A stretch of DNA of 64,000 nucleotides, taken from assembly GCF_009834535.1 (NCBI RefSeq), contig NC_045697.1:102860001-102924000 (forward strand), written 5' to 3'. Position numbers and translations under genes: made by a program. The notes under the pieces were generated by a model, which saw only the letters and a program-made list of their open reading frames with translations, had not been told where the DNA came from and did not search any database. Positions 34,790 to 48,250 of this stretch are shown one piece after another (position 1 is the first letter of the stretch; each line of letters starts with the position of its first letter). This DNA comes from Camelus ferus (Eukaryota).

Positions 34790-36010
34790 CCTTCTCATTC
34801 TTGCATCATGAAATTAGATCATTCCCACCAGCATCAAACATACTATTATTTTTCTTCTTTTAAAACAAACAAAAACTTTTTTCCAGCTTATTTCTCCAGC
34901 TATTGCCCCAATTCTCTGCTCTTCTCTGAGATGAAACTACTTAAAAGAGTTGCTTGTATTTCCTGTCTTCCTCTCCTCTCATGCTCTCTTATGCCCATTC
35001 AAGTCAGGCTTTTTCCCACCCCTCCTCTGAACATGCTCTTGTCCAGGTCATCAGAGATCTTCATGTTGCTAAATCCAATGGTCAATCCTCAGTCCTCATC
35101 TTACTTGATCAATGAGCAGCATTTGACAATAATTAATGCTTCTTACTGCATACATTTTCTTCCCTTGCTTCCAGGACACCACACTGACCTGGTTTTCCTG
35201 TTACCTTATAGACCCTTCATTGTTGACCTCTTTTCCTAGATTCTCTTCCTCTTCCTATGGATGTTGGAGTTCCGTAGGCGCTGGTGTGGTCCTCTCCTGT
35301 TCTTGTCTCTTCTTATTCCCTAGATGATCTCTTCTGGTTCCATGGCTTTCAGTTCCATGCATTCTCTAACGAATCACATTCCACTGCTGATAAGAGAGAT
35401 TCCGTTACAATAGAGGAAACATGGAAGAGTTCATTCCCTCTCCTACTAGAAGTCAGAAGGAGCCAGTTCTCAGCTGATGTGGCAGATTTATAAAGTCATC
35501 AGAGGCTCAGGCTACCTCGGATTTTCTGTTGCATCATCCTAGGTCTCAGGTCCATCTCATGACCTAAGATGGCAAATTTAGCTCCAGGTATCATCTACAT
35601 ACACCAGAAGGAAGGAAAAAGAAAGGGGAGACATCCAACAGATCAGTTCTTTTAAAGAAGCTTTTTGGAAGCCTCCACTGCACCACCAACACACACACAC
35701 ATATTTGCAAGTTTATCGCGTCAGTTCAATGACTAGATTCTGTCATGTGCTTACACCTCACTCCAACGGAGATTGGTTACTTGCAGCTTTTATTTCAGAA
35801 AGTAATATGCTCAACTAAAATTGAAGTTCTGTGCTAAAGAGGAAGAGGAGAAAGAATATTTGATAAACACATCCTCATTTCTGCCATGAGATCAGTATAT
35901 TGAAGGGTTCCATATTAATATCTCCAGCCCTGTACTCTTCTCTGAGCCTCAAGACTACTTACTCATTACCTCTGCTTGGATGCCTACTTGGCAACTCAAA
36001 CTTAACAAGG
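34790..36010 (+). mobile_element. L2 fragment (two pieces separated by an MLT1 LTR)
   Basis: ttcatgttgctaaatccaatggtcaatcctcagtcctcatcttacttga...gcagcatttgaca; resumes at about 35915 with tatctccagccct...ctcaaacttaaca. Confidence 0.8.
35390..35887 (-). mobile_element. MLT1J-like MaLR LTR
   Basis: aagatggcaaatttagctccagg...gctcaactaaaattgaagttctg...aaagaggaagaggagaa...tctgcca. Confidence 0.7.
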
Positions 36011-36261
36011 GCAAAGCACTCCCTTTTCAATGCATTCTCAGGCACGAATGCCTGATCAGGATGACTCAAGGAAAGAATGAGGAATGAGAAAGTGAGGACA
36101 GTGAATATGGAGAAATCTTTTGAGGAACTCTGGTATAAAAAGGAGCAGAGGAGAAATAATTGCAGGAGCAAAGTCCACAAGAAGACAAGGGTGGATGAAA
36201 CACAGTGCACAAATGAGGAGACTGGCTTTTGATAGAAATAAGAGAGAAGGCAGAGTATTAT

Positions 36262-37345
36262 AGAGACAACTTCTAGGCAAGATGGCCTTCTGAGCTCAAG
36301 CTCTTATAACCCATGCTACAAATACATGACAATAACAAATCAAACCTAAAGGGAGAAAACAATAAATCCAAGTTCAAAAATAAGACAAACATCTCCTAGA
36401 CGGAAATAGAACAAAAAATGCCAAAGCGAGTAGGCTGAAGCCACAAAGTTTATGGGAAATGTAGAGAGCACAGAGCCATGGCCAGGATTTCAGCTCCTGA
36501 GGGGTAGAGGACACTAAAATTGCCCCACAAGAAATCAGTTTCGATCTTACAGCCTGAAAACTCCTCCTTTCTCAGGAGAGAGGCTGAAAAAATATTAAAA
36601 CTCTAGATAACATCTACTTGGAGATGTGGCTTTTAGGAAGCTATAGACCCAGGGAGATGGGGGTGCCTAGATACAATCTTACAACGCAAATTGAGCCAAG
36701 CTGCCTAGTTGCTCTGTGACTGGATCTGCAGAATCCACAATATCACCTTAGGGCAGGAGTTCCTAATTGATGCTACAAGACTTGGCTTTCATTGAGGGTC
36801 TGCTGACAGAGAGGGGTGAGCTTATGGTTGAAGGCATGGGAAGAGATAGAAAAATGTTAAAAGCTTTCAAATGCTTCACTATGAGTCTGCAAACTCAAAT
36901 TCCAAAACATGTGGATAGGTTTAATGCTTAGAAAGAAAGCCAACAAAAATCAACAATTAGAATGTAAGTTGACTATAGATAAAATCAGTTTTATCTCTGG
37001 AACAGTTTGATAAGATTTGAATATAAATATGATTGAGATGATCAAAGAATTGAAGGCATAACTTTTATCAAAAAGAACAAGAAATCATGGAATAAAAATA
37101 AACAAAAATGAAACATGAAAAGAGAGGATCAAGAATTTGTACATAAAAAATACAATCATCGCAGAATCCAAAAAGAAGTATGTATACGTATAACTGAATT
37201 GTTTTGCTGTACACCTGAAACTAACATTGTACATCGATTACACTTCAATAAAAAAACAAGAATTAAAAAAATACAGTTGTTGGAGTACAAATGTATTAGA
37301 TTTGAATTCCTATATAGTCGAAGAGAAAATTAGTGATTTGCAAGG
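36262..37345 (+). mobile_element. Ancient L1M/HAL1 5' UTR-ORF1 fragment
   Basis: Begins acttctaggcaagatggc; A-rich ORF1-like sequence ending gaagagaaaattagtgatttg. Confidence 0.55.
37163..37263 (+). mobile_element. Short cetartiodactyl L1 3' tail
   Basis: tatgtatacgtataactgaatt...ttgctgtacacctgaaactaacattgt...cttcaataaaaaaa. Confidence 0.85.
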
Positions 37346-38404
37346 TTGTTGAAAGAAATAGTATGGGACACAGAAGAGAGCAAAGAGAGAGGATGTGGGT
37401 ATGGACAAGGGTGAGATGATGTATCTGGTTGGGGGAGACCAGGCAGATCTTTTAGTGTTGCTTATATTTTCTCAGTAAACTTAGAGCTGAGATCATCTGC
37501 TGAGATGGAGGAGGAGGTGTTGACTATTAGAAGAGAAAGGACAAGAAGTGACAGCCCTTTTAGAGAGTGGGGAGTAAATTAAGGAAACGTGGGAGGCTTG
37601 CCAGGAAGTGCTGTCTATTAGGATTTAGACCCCCTGAAAAAAGTCTCTGTTGCCAATGGGACAAATCCTGGGCAAGGGGCAAGAAGCGAATTGAGTGGAA
37701 AGACAAATGTTAGAAACACATTCAATTCATTGTGACTGTTCACTTTGATAATTGAATGAAAAAGGTGGATTCTGTCTATAAAAAGCCAAATTTTCAAGTG
37801 AAAGTCTAGAGAAAAGAGGATATAGATGACCTACGAGGAAAGAGGAGCAAACAGAGAAGAAGGAGAGCAGAGATACGCAGCAAAGATACGTCATAGTTGC
37901 CTTTGTTAGAAGCAGGTGTCGTGAGGAGCAAACACTCAGAAGGTGGAAAGAATAATTTATAAGACAGACTAAATTGGTTCTTGATAGGGGCCTGGGGGGG
38001 GTACTCAAATAGCCGCCCATAGTACACTGATCCTTAAAATTTTTTTGTATATTTTAGAAATTTTTCATCAAAACCAATTGAAAGTTTATAATCTAGTCTT
38101 CTAAGAGTTAAGGTCCATCTGGCAAAGTCTGCTCTTGAAGGTTCATTTCTTGATGGTAACAGTTATTTGAGGTATGAGAAGTTTTCTTTTTCCTTTCCTC
38201 ATTTAGAAAATAATAATATATGCCATAGGAACATGGTAATGTTCTAAGTACTCAAAACACAGGGATCTATATATGCTCATTCAGTCAGTCAACACGGATC
38301 TGTTGCTTGTGTACATCCACAAGTCACTGGTTCAACTACGAGGAAATGTCAAGGCGTGTTAATTCTGTTACCTGGATTCCATTCCACATTCCACTATTCA
38401 ATAC

Positions 38405-38590
38405 GTTGGGAACTGGGATTGGGGAGTTGCTTAAACTCTTTGAGTCTCGGTTTCCCCTTCTATAAAATAAAGATGGTGATAACACTGCCCTCCTCATCAG
38501 GTTCTTGTGAGCATTAAATGATGGAAGATATTTAAAGTGTTTAGACTAGTGCGGTATAAGTGCTTACTGAACGGTAGCTATTTTTATTAT
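38405..38590 (+). mobile_element. MIR SINE
   Basis: gttgcttaaactctttgagtctcggtttccccttctataaaat...gtgagcattaaatga...gtagctatt. Confidence 0.85.
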
Positions 38591-38749
38591 CTACTAATTA
38601 AAATTCCAGGGAGTATGCTGTACTGTCTTAGACAGGGATGCTAAAGCTAAATATGTTAGAATGAGCATTGCACATTTTATTATGCATCCAGTGCACATGG
38701 TATCTTGCCCAGTGCTCTGTAGAGAGTCAGTAAATCATATCTACCACTA

Positions 38750-38960
38750 TTATTAATAGTAATAGTACTTTGGGTTTGCTAGTACTTCACAATTCTCAAA
38801 ATGCTGCCATAAGCATTACCTGGTTTGATCCTCACTGCACCTGGAGAAGTAGGTATAGGACAAATATTACCTTCTCAGTTTCTCAGATGAAGAAGCAGAG
38901 ACATGGAGAAAAGCTAAAGGACTTGACCAAAATCACATGGCTTGTAAACCAAACATCCCA
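38750..38960 (-). mobile_element. MIR SINE
   Basis: tttgatcctcac...cagatgaagaagcagag...gacttgaccaaaatcacatggct. Confidence 0.75.
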
Positions 38961-40531
38961 ACCTAGAAGAGAGGTTATTTGCTCCCCATGGTTGCTAATA
39001 AGCATCGTACAGATGGGAAGCAGCCATTAATGGAATTACTGGCTATCTTAATACTTACATTAATCATTTTGTTGTTTTAAGATAGAAATCATTTTCTTTT
39101 ACTTGTTGGCTATTAACATATCTAAGACTATCCACAAATCCCCAAAGTAGCTTCATTAGTTTATATCTGCATATGAATATAAGCATAATTTTTCTTACAT
39201 ATCTACAGTGGGAGCCTTTTCATGTTTTAATAGGACGCATACTTCTCTTAGTCAAGAGTTTAAAATTCCCATTTCCAGCAGTCCCTTTCCAACAACACAC
39301 GTTGGCTAAGGAAAATGTAACCATTGCTCTTGCTTTGTATCTTTTTAGTCATTATCTTCTATTCCCTTCCCTCTTTTGTTTCACATCGAAGATCTGTGAT
39401 GTCTGTTATTATTGCCATATGGTGCCATGTGAACATAAATTATTCATATGATTTTTTTCCTCCAATACTTGTATTATTTATTAAAGGTGGGAAGTTGCTG
39501 GTACTTTCTATGAAGCTGTATTAAGCACTTGCCTAGAGTTTGGCGTTGTTATGATTTGATCTTTGTCAGTTCTCCCTACGCTTTTGTTTCAGAAGGAAGG
39601 TCCTTTCCTGCTTGGGAAGATGGGATGGTGCCTTTGATGTACTGGTGGAGAAATGTGTCAAGCTTTGGACCTACAGGAACCTGGAAAGGGGGGATGTATG
39701 ATTCCACCTAAGTTCCCTCTTCTGGAACGGGCAGGAGAGATGGGAAGAAAATTGTGGGGACAGCAGCTGCCATGTGATGGGGGACTGAGAAAACACAGGT
39801 GTGTTTTGTATCCTAAACTTTCTTAGCTCCTCCTTGAGAACACCCTTGAAGATCCACATTTTACTTCAAGGCTTCTGGAGTCAAATGTGTACATTTTTTG
39901 GATGCATCACTGTGGGCTCTAAGAGCAATTCTATGTTTGGATTATGTAATCATATCCACTAAATTTATTTAATTAAAAGCAGATATGTATATGGCCCCAT
40001 TCAAGATGCTTACATAAGAAAAACAATTTGTGTTTTGTGATAATGCATAAACACTCAAAACCTGCATACTAAGGCGGTTCCTTTTAAAGACCTATCTAAA
40101 TAGAGCATGAACTAATTTTTAAAGATTACCTAGAAAAGTACTAAAATTTTATCAGTAGTCTTTAAAATCGGATAAGTGAACTTCTCTGGGAAAATAACCA
40201 GTATTGGTGTTGGTATATGTCACAGACTATGGGGCTTTAGTTTAGAAATTTATTCAGAAAGGCTCTTAATTTTTTTGGAAATGAGATAGCAGCATTGTTC
40301 CAGGAATTTGCCTGAATTGTCTATGTGGTTGGCTTCACTATTTTGTTTGCTAGGAAAATTTGGCCTGTAGTTCTCCCAAGTTAGCAGAATCAGTGAAATT
40401 TAGTATAAAGCTGTCATTTTTTCCAGTTAACAATTTCATTGTCAAGTGAGTGACCCTTTGCTGATTGGCTTGACCACAGATTTATGACTTCCAGCCTCAG
40501 CTGGGCCTCCAGTGCTGTTAGGCAGTCATTC

Positions 40532-41536
40532 CTGTGGCAGCACCAGAGATGAGCTCCCCCAAACAACTCCCCATCCCCATCTCCCTTACCTTCATCTGCA
40601 GCTCGGGCTAGAAAACAACAATCCCCTCCTTCCCAGACTCCCTTGCAGCTAAGAGGTGGCTGCATAGCATAGTTCTGGCCAATAAAGAGTTGGCCTCTGC
40701 AAAGAGAGTCAATAGCTCTCTAAGACAATGCTTTTTCCCTTTAGACCATCATTTGCCCCCTTTCCTTTTTCCTGCATTGAACTTGGTTGGGATGCCTAGA
40801 AGTGCAGCAGCCATCTTTTGACCGTGAGGTAATAATATCCATGAGAAAGGAAGCTGAGTTCCAAAAATCATTTTTGAGCCTCTACACCAATGTTTGATGG
40901 AGCCGTTGTGTTTCCTTGAGTGAAGTAAATACCCGCCACCACCCCCATCGATTTGGTCCATGTTAGGCTTCTGTTGATTGTTTGCACTTTGAACTGAAAC
41001 ACTTCTTAGACCCAGTTGGCTTTTCCCTTTTTCTATCAGTGGCAGTTCTGCAGTCCTACTCGAGTGGGCACTTCTTGGTGGCCTCTTAACCATCCCACAA
41101 AGCTCTAATTTCTGTTCCAGAATCTATGTGGTTTGTGGCAAACCATTTCATTCCTGTATCTAGGGATGAAGCCCTTGACCTAGGCGACGCCAATGGATGC
41201 ATTCTATATTCTAGCCATAATGTTTGATTCACCATTGAGTATATGACCCAAGATAGTCCAATCAGAATGAGTCTCAGGACTTTTACTGGAAATTCTGAAC
41301 CATGGTCCCTCTCTTCCTCCAGCAAATGTGGTGCAAGAAGCAGCACCAGGAACTACTGCAGTCATTTTGCTACCACGAGGCAAGGCAGCCTGAGTACAGA
41401 GTTGGCACACTGAGGAGGACAGATCTTACACCCTCACAGAGAGCCAGTCTCCTGATGTGACTGAACTTGAAGCTTGCCCGGTAACCCCTCTTTATTGTTT
41501 CACCATTTAAAGGAAGCTGAAGTCTTACTGATACAC
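40532..41536 (+). mobile_element. Two adjacent old MaLR LTRs (MLT1J/K/L-like)
   Basis: tcccagactcccttgcagctaagaggtggc...gcagccatcttttgacc; second copy ccaatcagaatgagtctcaggact...gcagtcattttgctaccacgag...ctgataca. Confidence 0.7.
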
Positions 41537-41573
41537 AGTTCTAGAGTGGCCTCTAACTCAGCAGACAACCTCA

Positions 41574-42067
41574 TGTGCAGGATAGCTTCCATTTGCTCCT
41601 ACAGATTCACTCTGCTCCTTTGCTCCCTGTTCTGTGTCTCATGAGGCTAAGCTGTTCTCACATATCCTTGCCTCTGACTTCCAGCTGGACTTGGCTAACA
41701 GGAGGCACCAGCAGGTGATCAGAGGGAAGAAGGGAGTGAAGTAAAATCAAGGTATATATTTCCCTGGGCTCCTCCTTGTGGGGTCACTGTAGATTGGCTG
41801 TGTCCCTTGGTCGAAAGCCAGAGCTCCTGTCAGGTGGTCTCTCTGCACAAATTTTTCTCTTCCTGTTGTAATAACCACACTGTCCTATTGCCCTTCAGCC
41901 TTGTGTGCAGTAGTGGGTCCTACTGATGCAAACCCGAGAATTGCCCAAATCTTGTGGTTTGCCTATACCCTGAGCACTCATTTGTAAATAGTCCTTTTGT
42001 TAGAATTGCCTCAAATTATCCAACTGACCATGTCATCTGTTTCCTACTGAGGCTCTGATTGGCACAC
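41574..42067 (+). mobile_element. LTR33-like ERVL solo LTR
   Basis: ccttgcctctgacttccagctggacttggctaacaggaggcaccagcagg...ttgtaaatagtcc...tgtcatctgtttcctactgaggctctgattggcaca. Confidence 0.8.
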
Positions 42068-42577
42068 TTCATTCTCTGCTTCACCAGGGAAAAGAGGACC
42101 CCCATCTCCAGATCTTCAGCCATCATGTGGAGTACCCACACACACTTCAGCTCTGTGTTTTGAGATTGCTGGGGAATGTGCTGCTTTCCCTTCTCTAGGA
42201 ATGGCAATAATCATGCTTTTCCTGCATATCTTGCCAGGAAGATTGTACAAATTGAATCATATAATGGATGTCAAGGTATTTAGAAGAGCTGAGTACTAGA
42301 CACACACAAAGCATTGTTACCATTATTGTCACTGCCATAGAGACAGGCTCAACCCACATTCTAGCCGGAGCCTAATGAAAGATGTTTGAATGCTCTCTCT
42401 CTCTCTCTTTCTCCTTTTCTCACTCTCTGAGTTCACATGCTACTATCAAATCACGTATACGTGTTTAGGAGACGACTCCCCATACCTCTAACTCCCGGCC
42501 ATGTACTCCAATCAACCATCACTTTGGTACAAATCATACTTACCTTTCACATTCCTTCCTCCATGGGCATTTACATG

Positions 42578-42755
42578 ACAGAAAGAGCATGAGCTTTGGA
42601 GCCTTCTGGATTTAGCTTCAAGTTTTGCTCTGCTACTTACTTGTTCTTGGTTACCAGGGAAATCACTTAACCTCTCTGAGCCTTAGTTTTCTGCCAATGA
42701 AATGGTGATGATTGGAAAGGTTGAATGAAATAATGTATTTAAAGGGCCTGCACTG
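42578..42755 (+). mobile_element. MIR SINE
   Basis: gaaagagcatgagctttggagc...gctctgctacttact...tcacttaacctctctgagccttagtttt. Confidence 0.85.
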
Positions 42756-44815
42756 ATGCCCCTCCCTTTGTCTTATCTAGCTCCAGGAATAGATGTCAGG
42801 CACTGGGGCTGCATACATTTCCTGGACCTGGAACAAGCAGGCATGGCTTATCTTATGTAGCTTATGTAGGAGGGATGGAAAGTTAGAATGCCAAGAGATG
42901 GACTTTGCACTGATTGTGGCAAAAGGCCTGGGAAATGACAGCATGCTCAGGTCAGGGAGGGGACACTCTCTTTGATTGAAGCTTACTGGAAACCACACAC
43001 TGTGGGTGGGGCTAACCGGCCACAGAAATCCTTCCCAGAAGTCATCCATGTGGTCTGAAGACATTTTACTGATGAGATTAAGATGCGAAGATGCCATCAT
43101 GAAGCAGCCAACCTAAAGCATAATTAATGCCTGACCAGTGGTATACTTGGAAATTGTAATATTCTATGGTTGCTGATTGATGTGATGATACTGGGATGAA
43201 GGAAATAGTACTTATAGAGCATCCACACTGGGCCCGGCAGCTTAGATACACTATCGCACAGAAGCCCCCTGCAATGGATATTAAAATGCCTATTCAACCA
43301 GTGGGGGACTTGACACCCCAATGGCACATTGCATGTAAGTATCTCTGGATCAACTTCTCAAACTCACAGAAGGCTGAAGTATACAATATGCATGGTGGGT
43401 ATTAGTCTAAGGCCACAAATTTAGGTGCACAAGAAATGTATCAACTTTATTCTTATATGACTCTGCCAAATTTATATTCCGACTCACCATTCTATGGCAG
43501 AAACTTAATCTCTGCCAGTTTGGATCCCTGCCCGTTCCCTTACATGGCGTTTTACCTGAGTTCTGGCTTGATCTGTTTATCTAGGTTCATATGGTTATAT
43601 GGATTACATGGTTCCAAAGCGTTGGTGGCTGTAGTTAGGGTAGGAAGAAGTCTGGTCTTCATTGAGGGGGGCGAGGGGGTATCTATTCCTCCCTGATTGG
43701 TCCACACAGGTTGTCATGGAGAAATCTTTTGTTTTCATCTCTGCAACCCTCCCATTCTAGTCGGTTCCTCTCAGCTATATCTTTGCCTCCCTTGGATGCA
43801 GGAGACATTCTGTTGCTGTCCCATCATGATAACTTAAGGTTAGACGTTGAGGCTACTATCTACACAGATCACAGAGATATTTCTCCTCTGATGTTATGGG
43901 AGACCTCCCCAGGACTCTACCCAGTCTCTTGGGCACAGGTCTTTTCTGCTCTTGGATTCCATAATCCCATCTGGGGGTTTGGCCCTGGTTCACTTCCTGG
44001 TGCTCAGCCTGGAGAGCAGGGCACAGACTCCCTTCCTTGGGTCACATTTATCACTTATCACTCAAGGTAGCCTGGCTGAACTTGAGTGTGTCCCAAACAC
44101 CTGAGCCTTGCAGTTCTGGGCAACCTCGTGCATTCCTGTTTTATTTTGAAATGAAAATGCATGCACATGATTAACACACACACACGCAAGGAGGGAAAAA
44201 TTATACAGCGTACAGGTCTGCTCTTCTACCTTGATCTCTCCCTCCACTTCTACATAGTACCTCCAAGCCCATTTCTAAGAGGCAATCATTTGTATCAGTT
44301 TCTTGTGGGTCTTTCTAGAGACATCTCACACACATACATGCACTTGCGTACACACACACCCCATATTGTAATATATTCTGTCCATTGCTCTGCCCTCTGC
44401 CTTTTTCACTTCACAATGTACGTACCCATCATTCTGAGTGCCTCTCCACTGAGTCCCTGTGTTTGGACCCTCCCACTGTTACTACACATCTAATTGTTGC
44501 TCCTAACCATCTCCTTAGCTCTCTATCCATCACTGCATCCATCTTTAGAGAAAGTTATCTTCTTTCCTATTTGAAGTCAGTGTTCTCTGAGGACAAACCA
44601 TTATAGAATTATTCGATATATACCATTAACAGACCATTTGAAAAAAAACTCCTAGCAGACTTAAAAGTACCACAAACATTTGTAAAATATTTTCTTAACA
44701 ATGAGCAGAGAATAAAGGCATTCGTATCTGTTGAAAAGATAGAGACCTACACTTGTTCCATATTTTTATTTCCGTACCTATGATCTATGACCGTGCAGAG
44801 TGTACTGAAGTAGTC

Positions 44816-44951
44816 TTTTTTATATGTTTTTTGTCAGGGGGGTAACTAGGTTTATTTATTTAATTATTTTTTTAGTGGAGGTACTGGAGATTGAACCTAG
44901 AACCTCATGCATGCTACGCACATACTCTACCACTGGAGCTATACCCTCCCC
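44816..44951 (-). mobile_element. Camelid tRNA-Ala-derived SINE (Vic-1-like)
   Basis: ggggggtaactaggtttatttatt...ggaggtactggagattgaacctagaacctcatgcatgct...ctaccactggagctataccctcccc. Confidence 0.9.
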
Positions 44952-45474
44952 CTTTAAATAAAGGCTTTTAATGTGCTATGACTGCCAATTAGACAGCCCC
45001 AAGTTCTGGAGATGGATGCTTGAGTGGCTGATCCTTTACATTTAAGTTGTTTCTACTCTAATAGTATTTTTTTCATAAACTTATACAAAAGCCTTGTTAA
45101 AAAGAACTTTCATTTTTAAGAAATACAGCGAACTACATTTTATGGCATAGAAAGAAGGAGATCTAAGAGTCTGAAAGGAACCTGCTAAGTCCTGATTTCT
45201 CATGCTGGGAGACGCTGTGGACACGTGGTCCTTGGGGGAGGGTCATCTGGAATGGTTGTCACACCTCCTTGCTGGTCAAGAACTCATTGTTGTGTGGGCC
45301 CTTGGCACCTTCCTAGCAGTCGATGAAAAGGCCAGATTTGCAGGATTTTGTGCTGCTTTGGAAAACCTATGCATACTCGACATGCGAAGGTTTTATTTTT
45401 GAGAGCTTTAAGATTTGATTTTATGATGACTTCTTCCTTCATGCCTTGCCCGATGCTCTATTTCACTCCAAACT

Positions 45475-45680
45475 TGGCCTCTGAAGTCAGACAGATGTGG
45501 ATTTGGATACCAGTTCCACCACTGATAACTGTATAATTGTATAAACTTAGGTGTATTACTCAACCTTTCCGCGGCTTGGCTGGAGCATCCACAACGGTGG
45601 GAACAATGATACTGACCTCACAGGAATTTTGCGAGCATCGAATGAGATAATGCACATAATATTATTAATAGATAGTAGAT
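45475..45680 (+). mobile_element. MIR SINE
   Basis: ctctgaagtcagacagatgtggatttggataccagttccacc...ttactcaacct...acctcacagg...aatgagataatgca. Confidence 0.8.
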
Positions 45681-45749
45681 ACATTGGTAGTTCCTCGTTC
45701 AGTGAATACTCATTCAGAGCTTAGAATGTGTCAGAAACAATTCAGGAGG

Positions 45750-46300
45750 AAACTGGACCTTGGGGTATAAACAAGGATCAGTCAATGAATGTGGATAGAA
45801 GGGCCCGGGAGCAGGGGGGAATGTATTCTTCCAGACAGAGAGAACAGTGCGTGCAAAATTACAGAATAAGAGTGAGTGTTGTGCTTTAGGAATGGGGAGG
45901 GGACTGGGATGACTGGACCAGGAAATACAAGATAGGAGATGGTCAGGGGTGAAGGTGGAGATCATCCTGTAGGGATTTATAGATCAGGTTAACATATTTA
46001 TATTGTATATTAAAAGTAATAGCGAACTATTATTAAGCCTATTCTTCAAATGGGGAAGGTGATCCAATAAATAAGTATTTTCCTAGTGCCAAATGGCTAG
46101 TGAGTGGCAGAGGACTAAAGCGTTTTAAGTAAAAAGTGACATGATCAGATTTTGCTTTAGAAATATCATTAAGGCAGCAGAACAGAGTCTGTGTGGAGGC
46201 GAGGGAAGTGGAGATGGGTAGAAAGGCTGAGAGGCAAGAAGGCTGTGGAAGCAAGCAATTTATGTGAGAGAAAATGAGATGAGACATTTGGGAATTAGAG
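45750..46300 (-). mobile_element. L2 fragment
   Basis: ttccagacagagagaacagtgcgtgcaaa...agtgacatgatcagattttgctttagaaatatca. Confidence 0.75.
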
Positions 46301-46774
46301 GACAGGGAAGAGTCAAAAGGGTGCCTTCCTCCACGAGGAGCTTGGCCATCTCAGATCCCTCACTGGGGACGCATCCATCAATGTCCAGGTTTTAGGGACG
46401 TGAATGTGGATTGATGGATTCAAAGCAAGGGCAGGCGGTGGGAGGGACAAGGTGAGAAGAGAGAGAGATAAAGCCATAGACACCCTCAGGCAGATTAAGC
46501 AGGAGAGGAGGAAGGGGAATGGCAATGTTAAATTCCGAACACTTAACCATCTTCCTCACTGCGCAGGCGGATGGGCACGCTATTTTCAAGGTGTCTGTGT
46601 GCCTGTTTAACGAAGTCATGGGGAGGGAAAGTGTACTCTCCTGTCCACGCAGAGGCTAAGAACAAGTCATTTAGTTTGCTTTGAGTCAATGACTTAGGAG
46701 GTTATATTTTTGTGTGTATTTGATCTTGGCCAACTTTCTTTATTTTGTCGCTTTCAATTTCCTTATTTCCACAA

Positions 46775-46890
46775 TAAGTCTATTGAGTGTCTGTGCACGC
46801 CAGATGTTTCACATGCGTCTTCTCACTCATTCTCATGACAACACTGTAAGGAAGATATTGTTGCCATTTTACAGATAAGGAAACTGTAAA
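46775..46890 (-). mobile_element. MIR core
   Basis: tattgagtgtctgtg...ctcatgacaacactgtaag...ccattttacagataaggaaactg. Confidence 0.8.
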
Positions 46891-46939
46891 ATGTTTAAAG
46901 GTATTAGATGGTTTTGATATATGTAATTATACCAGAAGA

Positions 46940-47365
46940 AGTTCTATTATTTTATTGGAGTTGGAAAAGACATTTCTAAGTGAAATTAAAGCTCACAAGC
47001 TTTTAGAAAAATAATTACAGAACAAATTTTCTATAAAAAGTTTCAATTCCTGAAATTTGAAAAACACCAAAAGACAGTTAAAAGGCAAGTGACAGCCTGA
47101 GAGGAATCATCTGCCCATATATACCAAGCAACATGTTATACAAAGAGCACTCACAAATCAATAAGAAAAACTGTAAATGACTCAAGAGGGGGGAAAAAAC
47201 GGGCAAAAAATAGGAACAGGCAGTTCATGGAAATGAAGCTGTAAATGGTCCAAAAAAAAAAAAAACATGAAAAGACGTCCAACATGACTAGCAATATTCA
47301 AAAAATATTCATATGCAAAAAAGTTGAAATATTTTAAATTTACATCATTACATTTTAAATTTCCA
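46940..47365 (+). mobile_element. Old L1 ORF2 fragment
   Basis: tcacaaatcaataagaaaaa...gggcaaaaaataggaacaggcagttca...aaacatgaaaagacgtccaacatgactag. Confidence 0.75.
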
Positions 47366-47369
47366 AGAA

Positions 47370-48250
47370 CAGTCATCGATTCTCACAGCCACCTGTTCTG
47401 TTTTAATGGGTACAACGTTCTCTTGATTTCTCTTAGGATAAGGATTATTTGCTTTTAAAATTGTTTTCCATTTTCTGTTTTAACTGTTTTCTCAAAGGTT
47501 AACCCAGTAAAATGAAATGATATAACAAAATGAAACAATTTGGTTTTGTTCCAATGTTTGGAGATTTTCATTGTTTCTATGCAGAAAAAAGATCTAGATG
47601 GGCTGATGTGTGTCTGAAGATGTTTGCTCTCCTGGCAGTGAATGTGGATTTTCTATTCCTGTTATAGGAGTCAGCTATGGGGGCTGGGGGAAGGGAGGAC
47701 CAGGAGGACTGACTTCTGCGTGTAGGGGCTCCTTGTCCTTCAAGAGAGCTGTCAGTTATCAGGGCTACCGCCTGCCTTCTCTAGTCCCAGTGCTCACAGT
47801 GGGGATCTTACTTATCAAACTCTTAATTTTATTTGGCTACTTAATAATGTATTCGTGGCTTTACCATGGGGCTGAGGCCAAGTGAGCAGCTCCGTGAGTG
47901 ACGCGCTGCTGATGCAGGTGTCCCAGACCCCTCAGTGCAAGCCAGCTGCCTCTCAGTCCCCTACCAGCCCCAGCTACTTCTGATCGAGACTTACGCCCAT
48001 TCTCCAGTGGAAAAATTTCCTTGAAAGTCTCTTCTTTCACATATATAGGATTTCTGGTTCCTCGCCTCCCTAAGTTTTCCCCTACCTGGATTAAATCTTC
48101 TACAAGTTCCATACTCTTCTGGTGTATAGCTACTTTGCCTGTTACAGATTTACTTGGATGGCTGTATTACTTGCATCCTCTCACCAGGACTTTGGGAGGG
48201 AAGAAAGGCAAAGGTGTGAGTTTCATCAGCCATCTTAACCCGAGAGCCCA
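47370..48250 (-). mobile_element. Ancient L1M/HAL1 5' region
   Basis: T-rich antisense ORF1-like sequence, ending agccatcttaacccgag (reverse complement aagatggc, an L1 5' terminus motif). Confidence 0.5.

Larger units (their letters stand above)
36050..37620 (-). mobile_element. L2 fragments (36050-36250 and 37350-37620) split by an L1 5' region
   Basis: aagtgaggacagtgaatatggagaaatcttttgaggaa; ttgcttatattttctcagtaaa...agatcatctgctgaga. Confidence 0.6.

Noticed and set aside
34712..35239. Longest ORF (175 aa)
   Set aside because: Starts at GTG, lies in a decayed L2 element and has no recognisable domain.
39570..39805. Plus-strand acceptor (ttttgtttcag) and weak donor
   Set aside because: Stops in all frames and a weak GTGTGT donor; no supporting neighbouring exons.
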